Source of the DNA: Bilabrum cf. latius
Taxonomy: Eukaryota
Direction of reading: 5' to 3'
NCBI GenBank assembly: GCA_965178125.1
Contig: OZ237762.1
Location: forward strand, 744,001-808,000
DNA length: 64,000 nt
Below, in pieces: positions 50,042 through 63,291 of the stretch; within the stretch, counting starts at the first letter, position 1; every line of letters starts with the position of its first letter. The notes under the pieces are model-generated. The model was not told the origin of the DNA. It was given only the letters and a program-made list of their open reading frames with translations, and searched no databases. The position numbers were made by a program, and so were the translations under genes.

Positions 50042-53000
50042 TCACAAGTCCTTTGCGATCGCGGCGCCCGCGGGTCCCCCTGCGACACCCAGCTGCATCC
50101 TGGTCAGCTCCTTCCTGACCCCCCTCTTCATCTCCGGAAGTGCGTTTAAGACTCCGGGAGGCAGCACCATGATCACCTGCCATGCAGCACTCAGCGGCTG
50201 GGCCAGCTTGTCTGCGGCGTTCCAGTACGACAGCGCCACGACCACCGCGATGACGGCAAGGGACGTCCCCAGGACAGCATCGTTGATCCTGAGATTTCTC
50301 CGAATACGGTCTGCTGAATCGACAGAGTAGGCCTCTGCCACGCGGGCAAAGGAGTCCCGCAGGTGCGGCTGGATCACGTCCGACATCAGTACGAGGTTGC
50401 GTAAGAACGCCGACAACTGTGGCACGGTGCCAATGACCAAGTCGGGCTGAGGCTAGGCATCGAGGACAGCCCGCTCCACCCTAATCATTGCGATCAGTGC
50501 ATTCCTAGCCCCAGTCCGCAGCACGCCATCTGAAATCTCCCTGCACTCATCGTACACCGTAGAGCCGAAGCAGGCGTCTTCAAGCATGATGGCCTTGCCA
50601 ACTTCGTCATCAATTGGCTGCATGTTTGTCTCTAGGCCTGTGGACTCATCTGTGAACCGCCCCCCCACGACGACCCTCGAGCTCGTCTCAAGGAGCCTGC
50701 CCTCCAGGTCCTCGATCTCAGCCCGCAAGGCGTTCCTGCTCACGTTGGACTGGAGGAATATGAAGTCAATTGACTTTCGAACCAGTCGAACCGAGTCCAT
50801 CGCGAGCCTCTCTGTGGTCACCAGCCGCTCGTTCGACTGCTGCACGGCGCGCAACAACAGCGCGATGCTGAGGACGAGGAAGATGACCCAGATAAATGAC
50901 AGCGCCACCGGGACCAGGAATCCACCGGTGGACCGCCAGGTGAAGTCCCACGTGTCGTTGAACGGCCTCTACTTCAGCACTGCTCGCCTACGGTTGCGCC
51001 CGTGCCGGCTCCGGCCCCCAACGCTGCCAGACAGCCGCCTCTACACTGACTACCCCTGCACGCCCACCAGACGAGCAGGAGACAGAAGCGCCTTGCCAGT
51101 CGCGCCATCGACCGGTTGAAGTGCAAGAACATCGTGGGGCCCCCCTTCGATGGCCTGCAGGCTGCCCTCCAGCCCGCTCGAGGCCTCCATGGAACCACCG
51201 GCAACCAGCGAGTCGCCTTCCGGCCCACCCTCCTGCGCGGGCTACTCCTTGCGCTCCTGCGAGACCATGGCCTTCCACTTGGCCTAGTCTCGCTTGAGCT
51301 TCTCTTCCGTCTCGGCTGCGTTCGTGGGGGCGGCGAAAGACATCCTGGAGACGATCTTGCCGTCTTGGGCGGTCTGGGTGCCTCCGGTGCCGTCTGATCC
51401 CGACGCGATGAGAACTGCGCTCGAATCAGGGGTGTGGTTCCCGGTGGCAAACTATGCCGCCCCAGCTGCACCCCCGCTTTGAGATATCCCCCCTCCCGCT
51501 TTATCGTCGTTGTTCAGCGTCTGCGCGATGGTGGTCTCGAGGTCTTCTTCCATGAGTTTCCTCCTCTCGTCCTCCTCGTCCCTTCCACCGTCCTCCTCCA
51601 GCTGGTTCATCGTGCGGGCCAGTCGGCTAGAGGCATGCTTTCGGAGGGCCTTGGCGACTTGCTGCGGCATGAAGAACATGAGCTCCACGATGCGAGCCGA
51701 GCGAGAGCGCAGGGACGCGATCGCGCGGGCGAAGAGCACGGCTGACACCGCGAGGGCCAGGATGAAGCAGCCGAGTCCCACCACACCCACAATGAGCTGG
51801 CCCCGCTGAAATGATGTCGAGACATCCACCTGCCGCAGGGATAGGCTCTCGTTGACGGCCTGGAGATACGTCTCGGAGTTGGTGTTCAGCGTGGAATAGC
51901 CCCGGTCCCCAAACGACAGCGCAGGCACCTCCGGTGCGGCAGCCAGGAGCATGGTGCTGCTGAGGAAGGAAGACATCTGCAGGAGAGACTGGTTGTAAGA
52001 TTCTGCCCGGCTGACGCCCACTGCAGGCTCGGTGACGGTCCACCGGGCCACCTTCGCGTCATCGAAGCCCCTCCTCGCGTTGAGCTGCGGAGTTGAGTCC
52101 TGTAGGATCTTCACGATGCGTTCGTGCTCCACGGCCACAGGCTTCAGCTGGGCATATTCCTCGTCCACAGTGAGGGCAGGAGAGATCCCGCCTTGCTGTG
52201 ATGCGATGCTCCTGTACAGCCCGTCGTAAATTTGGAATTGCAGGCCCTGCTCAGCGGAGAGATAGAGCTGGTTGGATACCTCCTGCAACGACTCACCGAT
52301 GCTACGCTGGACAAAAATAAAGGCGATTCCCATGGCCAATATGGCCACCACGGTCGACCGGAAGGTCCACCGCACCACATTCACCTCTGCGTCAGTCGTA
52401 GCACTTCGAGTGTGCAGTATCTTGGCCAGCTAGCCCGTCAGCCACGAGCGGTTTGACTGCACGGACCCGGCCCCGGGCGCGTACATCCCGGAGGCACCAT
52501 CCCGGAAATTTGTACCCTAGGCTCTTGGCCCTCCATGAGATTGGCGTCGCTTCGTGAGTGTCCCGCTGCCGTGGCTGCCCCCGGCTAGCATTGGGTGTCC
52601 CCCGTCTGCTCTAGAGAAAGGGTCGATGGGGCTCTGGCTAGGCCTGCGGGCGGATGGCGAGTCACTACCACTGCCGCTTTTCGCTTCGCCGAGTGAATCT
52701 CCCTCCAGGCCTTGGAGGCCCTTAATCACCTGAATGCCCGGGCCGGAGGATCCGACGCTCGGGTGTTTCCGCAGAGCCGTCGCAGACGTGGTGGGGTCAG
52801 CAGTCGCGCCGGATGTAACCGATTGTGCCACGTTTCCGATCACCGCGTTTGCCGCGTGGGCCGACAGCCCCCTCACGGGCTGCTCCCCCGATCCGGATCC
52901 TGGGTTGCTCGAGGAGAACGATTTTGCCTCGTCCTCGGCTCCTGGAGTGCTTGATGCCACAGCAGTCAGGTCACTTGGCCTACCATCGCCGGCGCCAGTT

Positions 53001-56000
53001 CCCCCGGCACCTCCCATTTCGGCAATGCCTACACCATCGACTTCCTCGACATCTGGCTACATCCTCGTCAGGAAGCTGCTCCTCTTTGAACCCTTCACAC
53101 TCTTGATGCGGATCACTGGGGTCTTGGTAGAAGCGCTAGCCCCATCTGCTGCTTTCCCACCCGACCCCTCTGTAGGTTGATCCTCCGCATCGGCCTCGCC
53201 GCTGTCCTTTGAGGTGCTCCTCGACCGGTGCCTGTGCCTCGCCTCCAGACCATACCCCTGCTACACCAGCGACTTGCGGACGGCCTGCCTCATGGCCTGG
53301 GCCTCCCCCTGGCTGGGAGCTCGCCACCGCAGCATGTAGGCCTCCTGGCCCACGTCCAGGGCCAGGTCCTGCACGGAGCCAAGCACCACAGCGCTTGTTC
53401 CCTGGGCCGTCTCGACGGGGATGAGGGCAGTCTCGCCCAGCTGCAGGACGGGTGCGAGCCTCAGCTCGGGGGGAAGGTCAGGCACCTCGATCGTCTCTGT
53501 GGTGCGCACGGCGCCGGAATAGCCGGGTCGAGGAGCTCTCGTCTAGAGGTTGGAGTGGGCCTTGTGCAGCTGCTGCTCGTTCCCTCCGTCGATAGGAGGC
53601 AGCGTCTGCTTGCTCCCGCTGGTACTGCGGCTGCTATCCAGAAGCAGCCTTCTAGTGGATGTGGTGAGGCCTCGCATGGCTGCCAGGGAGGGGTTCCCCT
53701 TGCTCCTCGTGGTCTTCCTGGCTAGCTCGCTGGGCTCCCCGCTCTCACCCGCCAGGTGCCTCTCGATCTTGAGGGCGATCTCCTCCAGCTCTGCGATAAT
53801 TGCTGCGTCCTCGCTCCTCCCAGACGTGGGCTAGCTCGGGCTGTCCCCTCTCAATATGGCCAGCATCACGGACACAGCCTACAGACCAGGGTCATACATG
53901 GTGCCATCCATCGTCGGGAAGCACTAGGCCATCTGGATTGGCTCCCGCTGCAGCTGCTCGCTGTCAGTGCCCAGCAGCTGCATCGACCGAGCGCTCGCTG
54001 ACAGCACCTTGTACCCGCGCCTCTTGCCCCCGAAGAAGATCACATCCTCCTCACACTGGAGCACATCGATGCCCACAGACAGGCGAGGCGCAGATGTGGC
54101 CTCATCGGGCGTCGACTCGAGCAGAGAAATGATCACCGGGAGAACCGCACCAGAAGACGGCAGCGCAAACGACACCTCCGTCTGGTTCAAAGCATCCGAG
54201 AACCCACACCGCTGCAGCTGATGCAGCCTACGGCTGTAGATGCCGCGGATCGGGTCGGGCAGCAGCGTCTGGAACTTGAGACCGATCAGCTGCTGGGTGT
54301 TGTTGTAGCCGAGCATTCGGCACGTCGACGGCGAGGCCGACAGGATCTCGCCCACGCTCCCGTCAGAGGCACTGACGGTAATGTTAGCCGTTGAGTCGTC
54401 GAGCTGGTCCACTGTGGGGGCCTCGGAGCCGAACACCACGTGCCGCACGGCCCTGGCCCTCTGCCGCGTGTGTCTCTCCTCCAGCCGGTCCGCCTTGTTG
54501 AACAGCTCCACAGCCGTCAGCGGGTCGTTCATCATCTCCACCAGGAACTCCGCATACCCACGCGCCACCAGCGCGCCTTGATTCAGACGCATCATGGTCC
54601 GGTACAGCTCGTCCGTCTTCTTCAGGCCAGTCTCGATCTCAACACCGATGCCCACGACCGTGGCCACGTCGGGTCGGTCGTCAGCCAGGTGCTCCCACAG
54701 CTTGAGGATGCTGCGCATGGCTGCCACCTTGCTCTCCTGCGCCTGCCGCGACAGCGACTCGAAGATCACGCGGTCCAGTGCCGACAGCTTGCTCGAGTCA
54801 GCACCCTCTCGCAAACCCCGAGTGCGCCCGTAGATGAAGTACTGGAGGTCCAGAGACGGAGACCGCAGCCGTCCTTGTGCCAGGGCCTGCGCCTCGGCAA
54901 AGTTGTTCTCGAAGCAGAACTGGTGGTAGAACTCCGCCGCCAGCACGTGCGCCATGGCCGTCTGTCCGAAGTGAGCCGCCATCTGCCGGTAGGCCCGCTC
55001 TGCCGTGTACAGCCTGTGCTCGTCCTCCCTGTGCCTGCGGGTGGCGTACTTCATGTTGGCCAGCCTCCATCCGAAGAAGGTCCCGTCCAGCTCATGCATC
55101 ATCTGCATGCGCCGCCTGGCCCTGTCCTGCCCCTGCCTCGAGTCCACCAGCAGCCCCTCATCCTCGGCATCATACAGGCCTCCCTGGCCGCGAGTCGGAG
55201 CCACCACGGAGCCCCGGCCCCTGCCAGCGCGCGCACTCGTCAGCATGTTTCCTAACCAGGCCGGGGGCTGCTGCATTGCCTTAGTGACTGCTCCAATGGC
55301 CCCTGTTGCGGATCCTGCGAGGACATTGCCCGTGCGCCCCGGCATCTGCGCATCTGCAGGGGCGGGTTTCAGAGACCTCAACGGAGCACCGTACCTGGGC
55401 CTGCGGCGCCTTGGAACGGCGTGCTGCCCCTTGCGGGACTGTTCCACAGACGACCCCCGCGACTCCACCACGCGCGAGTACTCCTGCATGCGGTGCCGCG
55501 CCCACACGTCCAGATGCACCAGGCTCTCGCACGCCTCCAGGGGAAGAGCAGCGATGAAGAACTCCCGCATGTAGCACGCCAAGAAGCCACCGCAGTACGC
55601 CAGCACAGACCCAAGGTACAGCAGCAGCGACTGGTCTCTAGTTCCGGTGTAGCGGGCCAGCGCCAGCACCAGCGTGCTCCACAGGAACACGCACGCGAAC
55701 CCAGCCTGCATCGCGTTGATGCCCGGGTGCACGAACGGCAGGTACCGCACGGCCATCCCCAGCCAGGCGGCCCCGGCGAGGAGCAGCAGGACGACGAGGA
55801 CCCACGAGTCGAGGACGAAGTCCCTGAAGACGCTGTAGCAGAGCACGAGGGCGACCTTGACGAGGAGCATGGCGGCGTCCATCTGGCCGTGGCTCTTGGC
55901 GCTCCACGACTTGCTCGCGGGGTTGCGGTCGATATACACCGCGGAAATGAAGACCGATAAGAAGCTGAAAACGATGAGAAGCAGCGCAAGGAATATTCGC

Positions 56001-56744
56001 ATGATGATCGGTCCTGCGCTCGTGCACTCCATCCCAGAGCCGATCCAGGTTCCGTCGCCCGAAGTTCTCTCCACCCCTGGACATGCCAGAGACCGAGCGA
56101 TCACAGTGGTGAACGGAAGGAACAGAGTTGTAGTTGTTAGGGTTGCCACTGATCGCAGAATTTTCAAGATGACTTCGCTTTGCGGTGCATCGGCAACGAA
56201 CCGCCACGCTGCGGAAAGATTGTAGGACTCAAAACCGAACAAACTATGGTCCCAGCTGGCTTGTGGCACCCAAACGTCGATTTTAGTCATTTGTATCTCT
56301 CACCAACGCTGATGGATAGTCCAACGAACAGACTCGTCCAGAGTATCGATAGTACCAGCACGGCGACAAACAGTGTGAACAGGGATGGCCTTCCAATGAA
56401 GTCACCAGAGACCACATCAAGTGTGAGGGCCAGGGGCTCAACTGCTGTATCTTCCCAAGGAAGCTAAGCAGCGCTGTTGATTGGGAAATTCAGGACTTGC
56501 AACGCATCGATCGCCTGCGGTAGTAAGTAGCGGACCGGAGATGCGAAGCTAAGATGTGCAAATCCTGACCTTCAACACAATAGCCCAGGGGCAGATGGAA
56601 TCTCACCATGAATATTATCAGTGAACGCTGCTCTGCATCGATCTTCCTATTCATAATGAAGGCAAAACCGAAGAGAGAGTCCAACAACAGCTCGCCGATC
56701 GATGTCTATCCCTTCTCGCCGTTCACAGCGGCTATAGAAGACAT
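50042..56744 (-). CDS. TmcB/TmcC-like multi-TM/TPR/PAS protein, paralog G (most divergent, about 2,200 aa)
   Basis: ATG at 56744, intron at about 56516-56607. ORFs 53924..56290, 53261..53509, 52517..53017, 51452..52384, 50453..50908 and 50042..50440 share one frame. The junctions I checked are TAG. Ends at TGA. Confidence 0.75.
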
Positions 56745-57004
56745 CACAGAGACAAGTGGAATATTTCACAGTAAAATAATCCGAATGATGGGGACGAATG
56801 AACAGTACAATGAGCGAGTGTGACTTTGTTTGCACTTGTAGGTGAATTAATGCGTTGGCGGAAGTCGTGTAGGTTACGGGTGGTCGCAAACTTTGAATAT
56901 ACACACTACCAAAAATGGCTTAATGCGCGGCGACGAAGTACTACGGAACCAAAGTAAGCGTTGCTCAGCTCGACTCTACAGAGTCCTACAGGCTGGCCAA
57001 TAAC

Positions 57005-57780
57005 ATGCCACTTTCACAGGATGAAATTGATGCATGCCGAGAGACATTTCAAGCTTTTGATGCTGACAGGTCGTGAGTTTTGACAATATTTCACTCGGTA
57101 TGAAGGAACTGATAGAAATCAATGATAGAAATCAGCGGCCACACATTGCCACAATACTGTGCCCGCAGAGGTTTCATCGAGGTATGGGAGCTGCGACAGG
57201 TAATGGAAGGTATGAATAAGTTGTCGCTTCACTATGGAGGTTGTAGTAATACCGTGGAAGGCAACATGAAAGTTGCCCCCATACAAGAAATAAACCATGC
57301 ACGCATTTCCAGCCGAATATCGCAGCCATGGACCAAGCTTTGACAGATGAGGAGCTATTCTAGCTCATCAGCGAGGTGGACGAGGACATGTCAGGAACAA
57401 TTGGTAAGTTTGGAGGCTTAAACCCAACGGAAATGCTTGGTGTAACCGCACTACGAGTATCGTCCGTCCGTCCATGCGTGCTCTCCGCAGATTTTGGCGA
57501 GTTTTTGCACGTAATTGAGGCCCAAAAGGAGAAAGCAAACCGCTTCAGCGAAGAGACTGACATGATTGATGCCTTTGTCGCCTGTGGCGGTAGCAACGAT
57601 AAGAGCGGCCACGTCAGGAGGGACAAGCTGGTCAAGATAATCAAGGACGATTTCGGGTTGTAGATAGACATCGAAAAACTCATCGATGCCGTGGACGTAG
57701 ACGGTTCCGGCGAGATCGAGTTCGAGGAGTTCTCGAGGCTCTTGTCTTCTGGGTCCTCGGGCGCCGTCGGTGCCACGTGA
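57005..57780 (+). CDS. Calmodulin-like EF-hand protein, outer-arm dynein light chain LC4 (18 kDa) type; 4 exons
   Basis: Exons at about 57005-57072, 57169-57209, 57326-57403 and 57491-57780: FDADRSGFIEVWELRQVM...ELF*LISEVDEDMSGTIDFGEF...DAFVACGG..DKSGHV...FGL*IDIE..DVDGSGEIEFEEF. Ends at TGA. Confidence 0.85.
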
Positions 57781-58317
57781 TGATGAGGAGCATTGGCAGC
57801 CTGAGGGCAACAGGTGTCCAGAGGAGCAGTCCACCCGGGGGCAGCAGGTCACAAAACCAGTGGCCTCAGGGGCCGGCTCACACCCCAGGCCCTCAGTCGC
57901 GCGACTGGGCATACAGAGAACACCGCGAGAGATACAGAGCGCGCGCACGACATCAGCCAAGGCTGCTAGGGCACGATGGCGTGACCAGAAGCGGACGCCG
58001 GCCCACCTAGCGAAAGTAATAGCCTCATAATGCCGGAGGGGGTGTCCCTGTTCAGTCAGTATCGAGCTGCGATATCACACAAACAACAGCGGCTTGAGCG
58101 CGGGACCTGCCCGGGTCGGACACTATCTAGTTGGTTCTATTCGTCCCAATAGGGCCTTGAAACATCATGAATAGTCTCCAATCCGCGCATTCGTTCAAGT
58201 TTAACATCAGTCAGTCCTGCCCTTGGCCCGTCGGCGATCTCTGCCGCTGGAACCGGAACTTACAGAATCACCAGTACGAAATCACGTCTTTCTCTCTCCA
58301 CTATCAGCTCCAGTGCC

Positions 58318-61300
58318 ATGGAATCTGCCGCACGTGACATTGAGTAGCGCATATTCAAATCGCTTTCCAACTCTAAATGTAAGTACACTGACATGCGTAG
58401 TTGCAGAGCCACGCGACTTGATATCGACCAACTGCAACTGCTAGAAATTGGAGCTTCCTTGCCGCAGAGTTGCCTGAGCTTTGCGGAATGATTGACAAAT
58501 CGAAAGATGATGCTGATATTATAGCAGTGCTTGGTTCACTGCAGCGAACAATGTCGTTTTTGCTCAGCAGCGGGGCTCTGCTTGCTGCGCCTGGGGGAAC
58601 CACAGGCGCTGCAGGGAGAAAGCGACCTAGATCAAGCATTTAGCTGTCACATAGCGAAGCTGTCTGCTCTGTTGACACTGAAAGTCCGCGAAACAGGCTT
58701 GCTTTCTGGCTCAGAGAATAGGGAAGCCGAGCACAGACCAAGGTGCTGGAGTTTGTCTTGTCGGGTCTTCGCTAGCTGCATGATGGCAATGACACCCACG
58801 AACGCTCCCTGCTTGCTGGTCTGACATAGTTGATCTTGTTTGTTCCTAAATCTCAGCGGAATCGAGTCTCTGGGAGGAACGAGAGAGGCGAGCCTATTGC
58901 AGCCGAGAAAGGCAGCAAGCCAATCGGCTAGCTATTCGAGATAGACCAGCCGCTGCTGGACGCCATCGTCGGCTGCCTGGCCGGGGCATCCGAGGACCAG
59001 CTGGGGCTCGGCATCTTGCAGCTCGCGGAGGAGGAGCTCAGCGATCGCTTCGACGATGTGAGGCTGGCCTACCTCACCGCCATTCGGAACGTGGCCGCTG
59101 CGGCGCACCGGAACGCGAGCAGCAAGGGCGCTTCGGGGCGAACCAGGGAAACCACAGGGGAGAGCAAGAAAAAGGCCCGCAGGGGACAAGCACAGGCACA
59201 GGAGAGCCCTGCACCCGCCCCCCAGACCCCCAGCGAGGTGGCCAGCCAGGTGCTGGCTCGGGCAGACCCCGAGTGGGTAGCCATCCGGCTGGTGCAGCTA
59301 CTGCAGGGTGTGCAGCTCCCCGCGGACGACGAGGAGTGGGGCGAGCGAACCTTCGCTGTCGAGAGCGAACCCGCCAGCTCCGCCGCCTCAGCCGCCGCCT
59401 CATCAGCAGCGGCGGCCAAGGCAACAGAGGAGGCAGCAAAAGCCGAGGCGAGACGGAGGGCCAAGAGGAAGCCAGGGACAAGCGCATCCATGGCAGAACT
59501 CGAGGAGGAGGAAGAGGCGGAGAGGCTGGCGGCAGCATCTGCCAAGGGCAAGGGCAAGGGTAAGGGAGCCGGAGGCAGGGGCGGCAAGGGAGCTCGCCGC
59601 GCGGCGCTGCTCACAGAGCACCGGGCCATGTTCGAGCAGGCCTGGCTGGCGGTCCTTCGGCTGCCCCTGCCCCCCATCATGCTGCAGAGAATCCTGAAAG
59701 ACCTCCCCAACGACATTCTCCCGCACTTCGCCAGGCCCCTGCAGCTGGCGGATTTCCTGAGGGCCGTGGTGGCCTCTGCTCCCAGGTACAAGACCGGGTG
59801 GGCCGCCATGCGCCGGGCCCTCAAGAGGCCCTCCGACGGATCCGGGGCTGTAGCGTCGAGGCCCCTGTCCAGCGAGGCCGAGGTGGCCGCCGCCGATTCC
59901 TTGGAGGAGATCGAGCTGGGTGACGAGGACGAGGGCTCGCCACATGGGAGGGAGGCTGCGGTGAGGGCGACTTGCGGTGTGCTTGCCGTGCGGTCGCTCT
60001 TCGTGCTCGTGAGGAGGCACGGGCTGCAGCACCCCAAGTTCTTCGACGAGATGTACTCGATGCTGACGCCGGCCATGGCGCGGTGCCCCGCCAGGCAGAC
60101 GTACTTTCAGGTGCTGGCCATGTTCCTCAAGTCTGCGGGGCTGCCCGCATACCTGGTGGCTGCTTTCGCCAAGCGACTGTGCCGGCTTGCCATCCGCATC
60201 CCTGAGCCCGGCGTGGCCCTGTTCGCCCTGCCTCAGGTGTTCAACCTCGTGTCCAAGCACCCAGTGCTGACCCCCATGATCCACAGGGGGGAGGGGGCGA
60301 GGGGAAGGAAGGAGGCCGTGGCGGCGGCGGCTGGCACGGTGGCATCCGGGCCTGCTTCTTCATCTTCGTCATCTTCGTCGGCTGCAAGCACAACCAGCGG
60401 TCACGACGACGACCCCTTTGCTGAGCTTGAGGACGACCCGGCCAAGTGCTGTGCCATCGAGTCGCAGCTGTGGGAACTGGTCGCGCTGCGAGAGCACTGG
60501 CACCCCATGGTCGCGGCTCGGGCCGCCGTGTTCGAGCGGGACCTGGCACGACCTCCCTTCGAGGCCGCGCGATTCGCGGGCGAATCCTACGAGGCCATTC
60601 TCGCGAGGCACGGGGAACAGCTGCGGCAGAGCATCACCGCGCAGCGGGACCAAGACGCTGGCAGCATGACGGAGGCTGGGCTCGGGGCGGGGTCGGGGGC
60701 GGGGTCTTCCTCGGCGGGAGGGGCCCCGGGCGCTGGCCCCTCGCAGGCCGTGGGCAGCTCGTTGCTGCGCCAGCTGGGCGTGCAGCAGGCGGGCGATGGC
60801 GGTCCCATGCTGGGAGAGGGAGAGTCAATGGACGAGAACGGGCTGATTGCCTTCGCGCAGGGGCTGAGTGCGGGCGATGAGGCGCAGTCATAGGCCCGCA
60901 AGCAGATGCTGGCGCTCATGCAGGCGGCCAAGAGCCAGCTGGGGGGCAAGGGCAGGCCCACCTACGGGCGGAGGAAAGGACGAACGTTCGGTGGGATTGC
61001 CGGAACCCCGGTGAGTCAGTTCCCCGTCGGAGGCATCGAGGCGGGGGAGGTCGTGCCAGCCGTGCCCACGGAGAGGGCGGCGCTGCGGGCAGGTCTCGCA
61101 GGCAGCAGCGACTCGGGCACTGCAGCAGGCGGGAGCAAGGCGCAGCCCATGCTGGTGCCTGAGGTGCCCGCTGGGTCCGCCTCCGAGCAGCTCGAGTCGA
61201 TCAGGGAGGCCGTGGAGCGGGCCTAGGAGGGTGTCCTGCCGCTGCAGCTGGAAGGTCTGTTTGCCTCTGGGTGCAGGGGGGCGGGGGCTGAGGCATCCGA

Positions 61301-61331
61301 AGGTGATGGGGCTGTCACTGTAGAGTGGTGA
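58318..61331 (+). CDS. NOC4: Nucleolar complex protein 4 (CBF/Mak21 family)
   Basis: Motifs ILPHFARPLQLADFL, LPAYLVAAFAKRLCRLA and AIESQLWEL..L..HWHP. Intron 58379-58467. One frame with 9 TAG to TGA 61331. Confidence 0.85.
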
Positions 61332-61474
61332 GCGCGAGTGGGTGCGATTGATCAGGATCAGAGAGATGACGTTGACGATGACGATTGAATGGAGCCGCAA
61401 ATAGCCCTTATCTACCGTTAGCATCCGAATGTTGGCATACACCGAAGCATTGCTGATTGCATCTATTCCAGAAA

Positions 61475-63143
61475 TCATCCGTGCATCGACCCTCCTAGGC
61501 TGCCAGAGGCCCCAGGCCCGTCCCCGTCCCAACCATCCCCGAGGTCCATCGAGCTGCCCTTCCCTCCGATACCGCCATGCGATGCATCCCCACCCCCAGC
61601 CCCTCCTAGCGCCGCCCCGTCCTCCTCCCCTCCCTTTGCCTCTCCTTCTCCATCGTCCCCGATATACTCTATCTCCAGGTCTCCCACAAGCATGGATAGG
61701 TCGAGCTGCACTACATCCCCCCGGGGCTTCACGCCGTCCCATCCTCCGTAGCTTAGAGCAAATGGACCCACGGGAGTGAGCGACTGGCCGTACAGCAGAC
61801 TGGGGCCTGTGCCCAGCAGCGGTGGCCGTATGTATCGCATCGTGCGCATGTCAAGAACCCAGGTGGACCGGTGTGGCACCGCCCTCCCAGCCTTGCGGGC
61901 GGCAGCCGCTGCGGCTTCCTGGGCCGAGTCGTCTGCCTCGCCCGTCTCTAGGGCTTTGGCCTGGCCAGGCCCCCAGCCCCCAAGGATGACCATAAAGTCG
62001 CCCATGACGCAGGTCCCGTGCCCGTACCTAGGGCTCGGCGGGTCACCTGACACTGCGGAGAGAGAGGGCGGGCGAGCGAGGGGTGTGCGAGGAGCGCAGG
62101 TTGGCCTCGAATGCACACGATATGCTGAATAGCACGAGCAAAACATACCAGCGTACGAAAGAGCAAGCGGGGTTGACCGCACCGATTGTGGCAAGCGAAA
62201 GCTATGAGAGACAGACGAGGGAACCATGGATGGATGCGAGGAAGATCTGCGTGCTTTCGCCGCATGCCTGCCAGCCCTCACCTTTCGCAGATGCCCATGT
62301 CATGCTGGCCGTGTCTAGTTCCCTGGTGTCCTTCAAGTACACTGGGTGTCCCTTTGAGTCTACCGCCCACCCGCCAAACAGGATGAGCCTGCCGTCGGGG
62401 GCGACTGCGAGGCTGTGTCCGTGCCTGGCCTGGGGCGGGGTGCCCCCCACGGCGGGCTTGATCCAAGCTCGCGAAGACAGGTCGTACACCCACAGGTCAT
62501 TGAAGGCCACAGAGCCGTCCCAGCCCCCAAACACGACAATCTTGTCCTCCACTGCCACCATCGCCTGTCCAAACCTGCCGAGCGGAGGGGAGGTCGCGGA
62601 GGGCACGACGCTCCACGTCCACTTCTCCACGTCCAAACAGAACATATCATTGTATAATCGACCGTTCGGGCCTTTGCCCCCGAACACATAGACTCTGCGG
62701 AAAGACAAGTGGAGGGCCAATGCGGCAAGTGCTGCTCGACGGACAGCTTCGAGAGACAGCCATGCCGCAGCTTTGGGCAATCCTTACTGAGTTCCTATCG
62801 CTACGGCAGAATGGCCGTATCGTGGGCCTGGTGCCTGACCCCCGCACCTCGGGGAGTGCCAGCAAGTGTCGTGGATATCAATTACTTGGACATCGTTGAC
62901 GTACTGAAACTTCTTGTCGAAGTATGTGCCTCCAAAAATAACAATGAGATTTCCTACGATGCAAGCTGTATGTCCGCCCCGGGCTGCTGGCGCCTTGCCG
63001 CTGATCAAGGGGCGGGACCACTCCCCAAGTGCTTCGGAATCCGGTACGCTCAAGTCCCTAACCTTGCTGAGTTTCTGCACCTTATCGGCAATCTCTGGTG
63101 GAAGCTACTACGATCCAGCTGATAAGCCGGATACCTTTGCCAT
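61475..63143 (-). CDS. Kelch-repeat beta-propeller protein; 3 exons
   Basis: Repeated P..R.GH.......FGG motifs. Introns at about 62695-62787 and about 62054-62281. ATG at 63143 is followed by an in-frame TAG TAG. Ends at TGA. Confidence 0.8.
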
Positions 63144-63291
63144 TTTAGCAATCCTGTGGGCTGCAAATGACGCTGTTGCACTTCCTGCAACGGCTCAGTG
63201 TGCGGTTGCAACCAAATAGTGGCGCCGCGCAGTGTGGCCTTTCGACAAGTTCCGTAATGACATGTGGCAGGCAAGGCCATTCTTCGGATCC

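Noticed and set aside
12757-61331. Interpreting the fragmented ORFs as pseudogenes or operons of small genes
   Set aside because: The breaks are exclusively TAG, frames are preserved, and conserved housekeeping genes are affected. Some TAGs are shared by several paralogs (about 258, 15907, 28347).
62784-62786. Apparent in-frame TAA in the kelch gene (possible UAA=Gln evidence)
   Set aside because: It lies in the intron donor CA|GTAAG, and splicing restores GTQVYVFGG.
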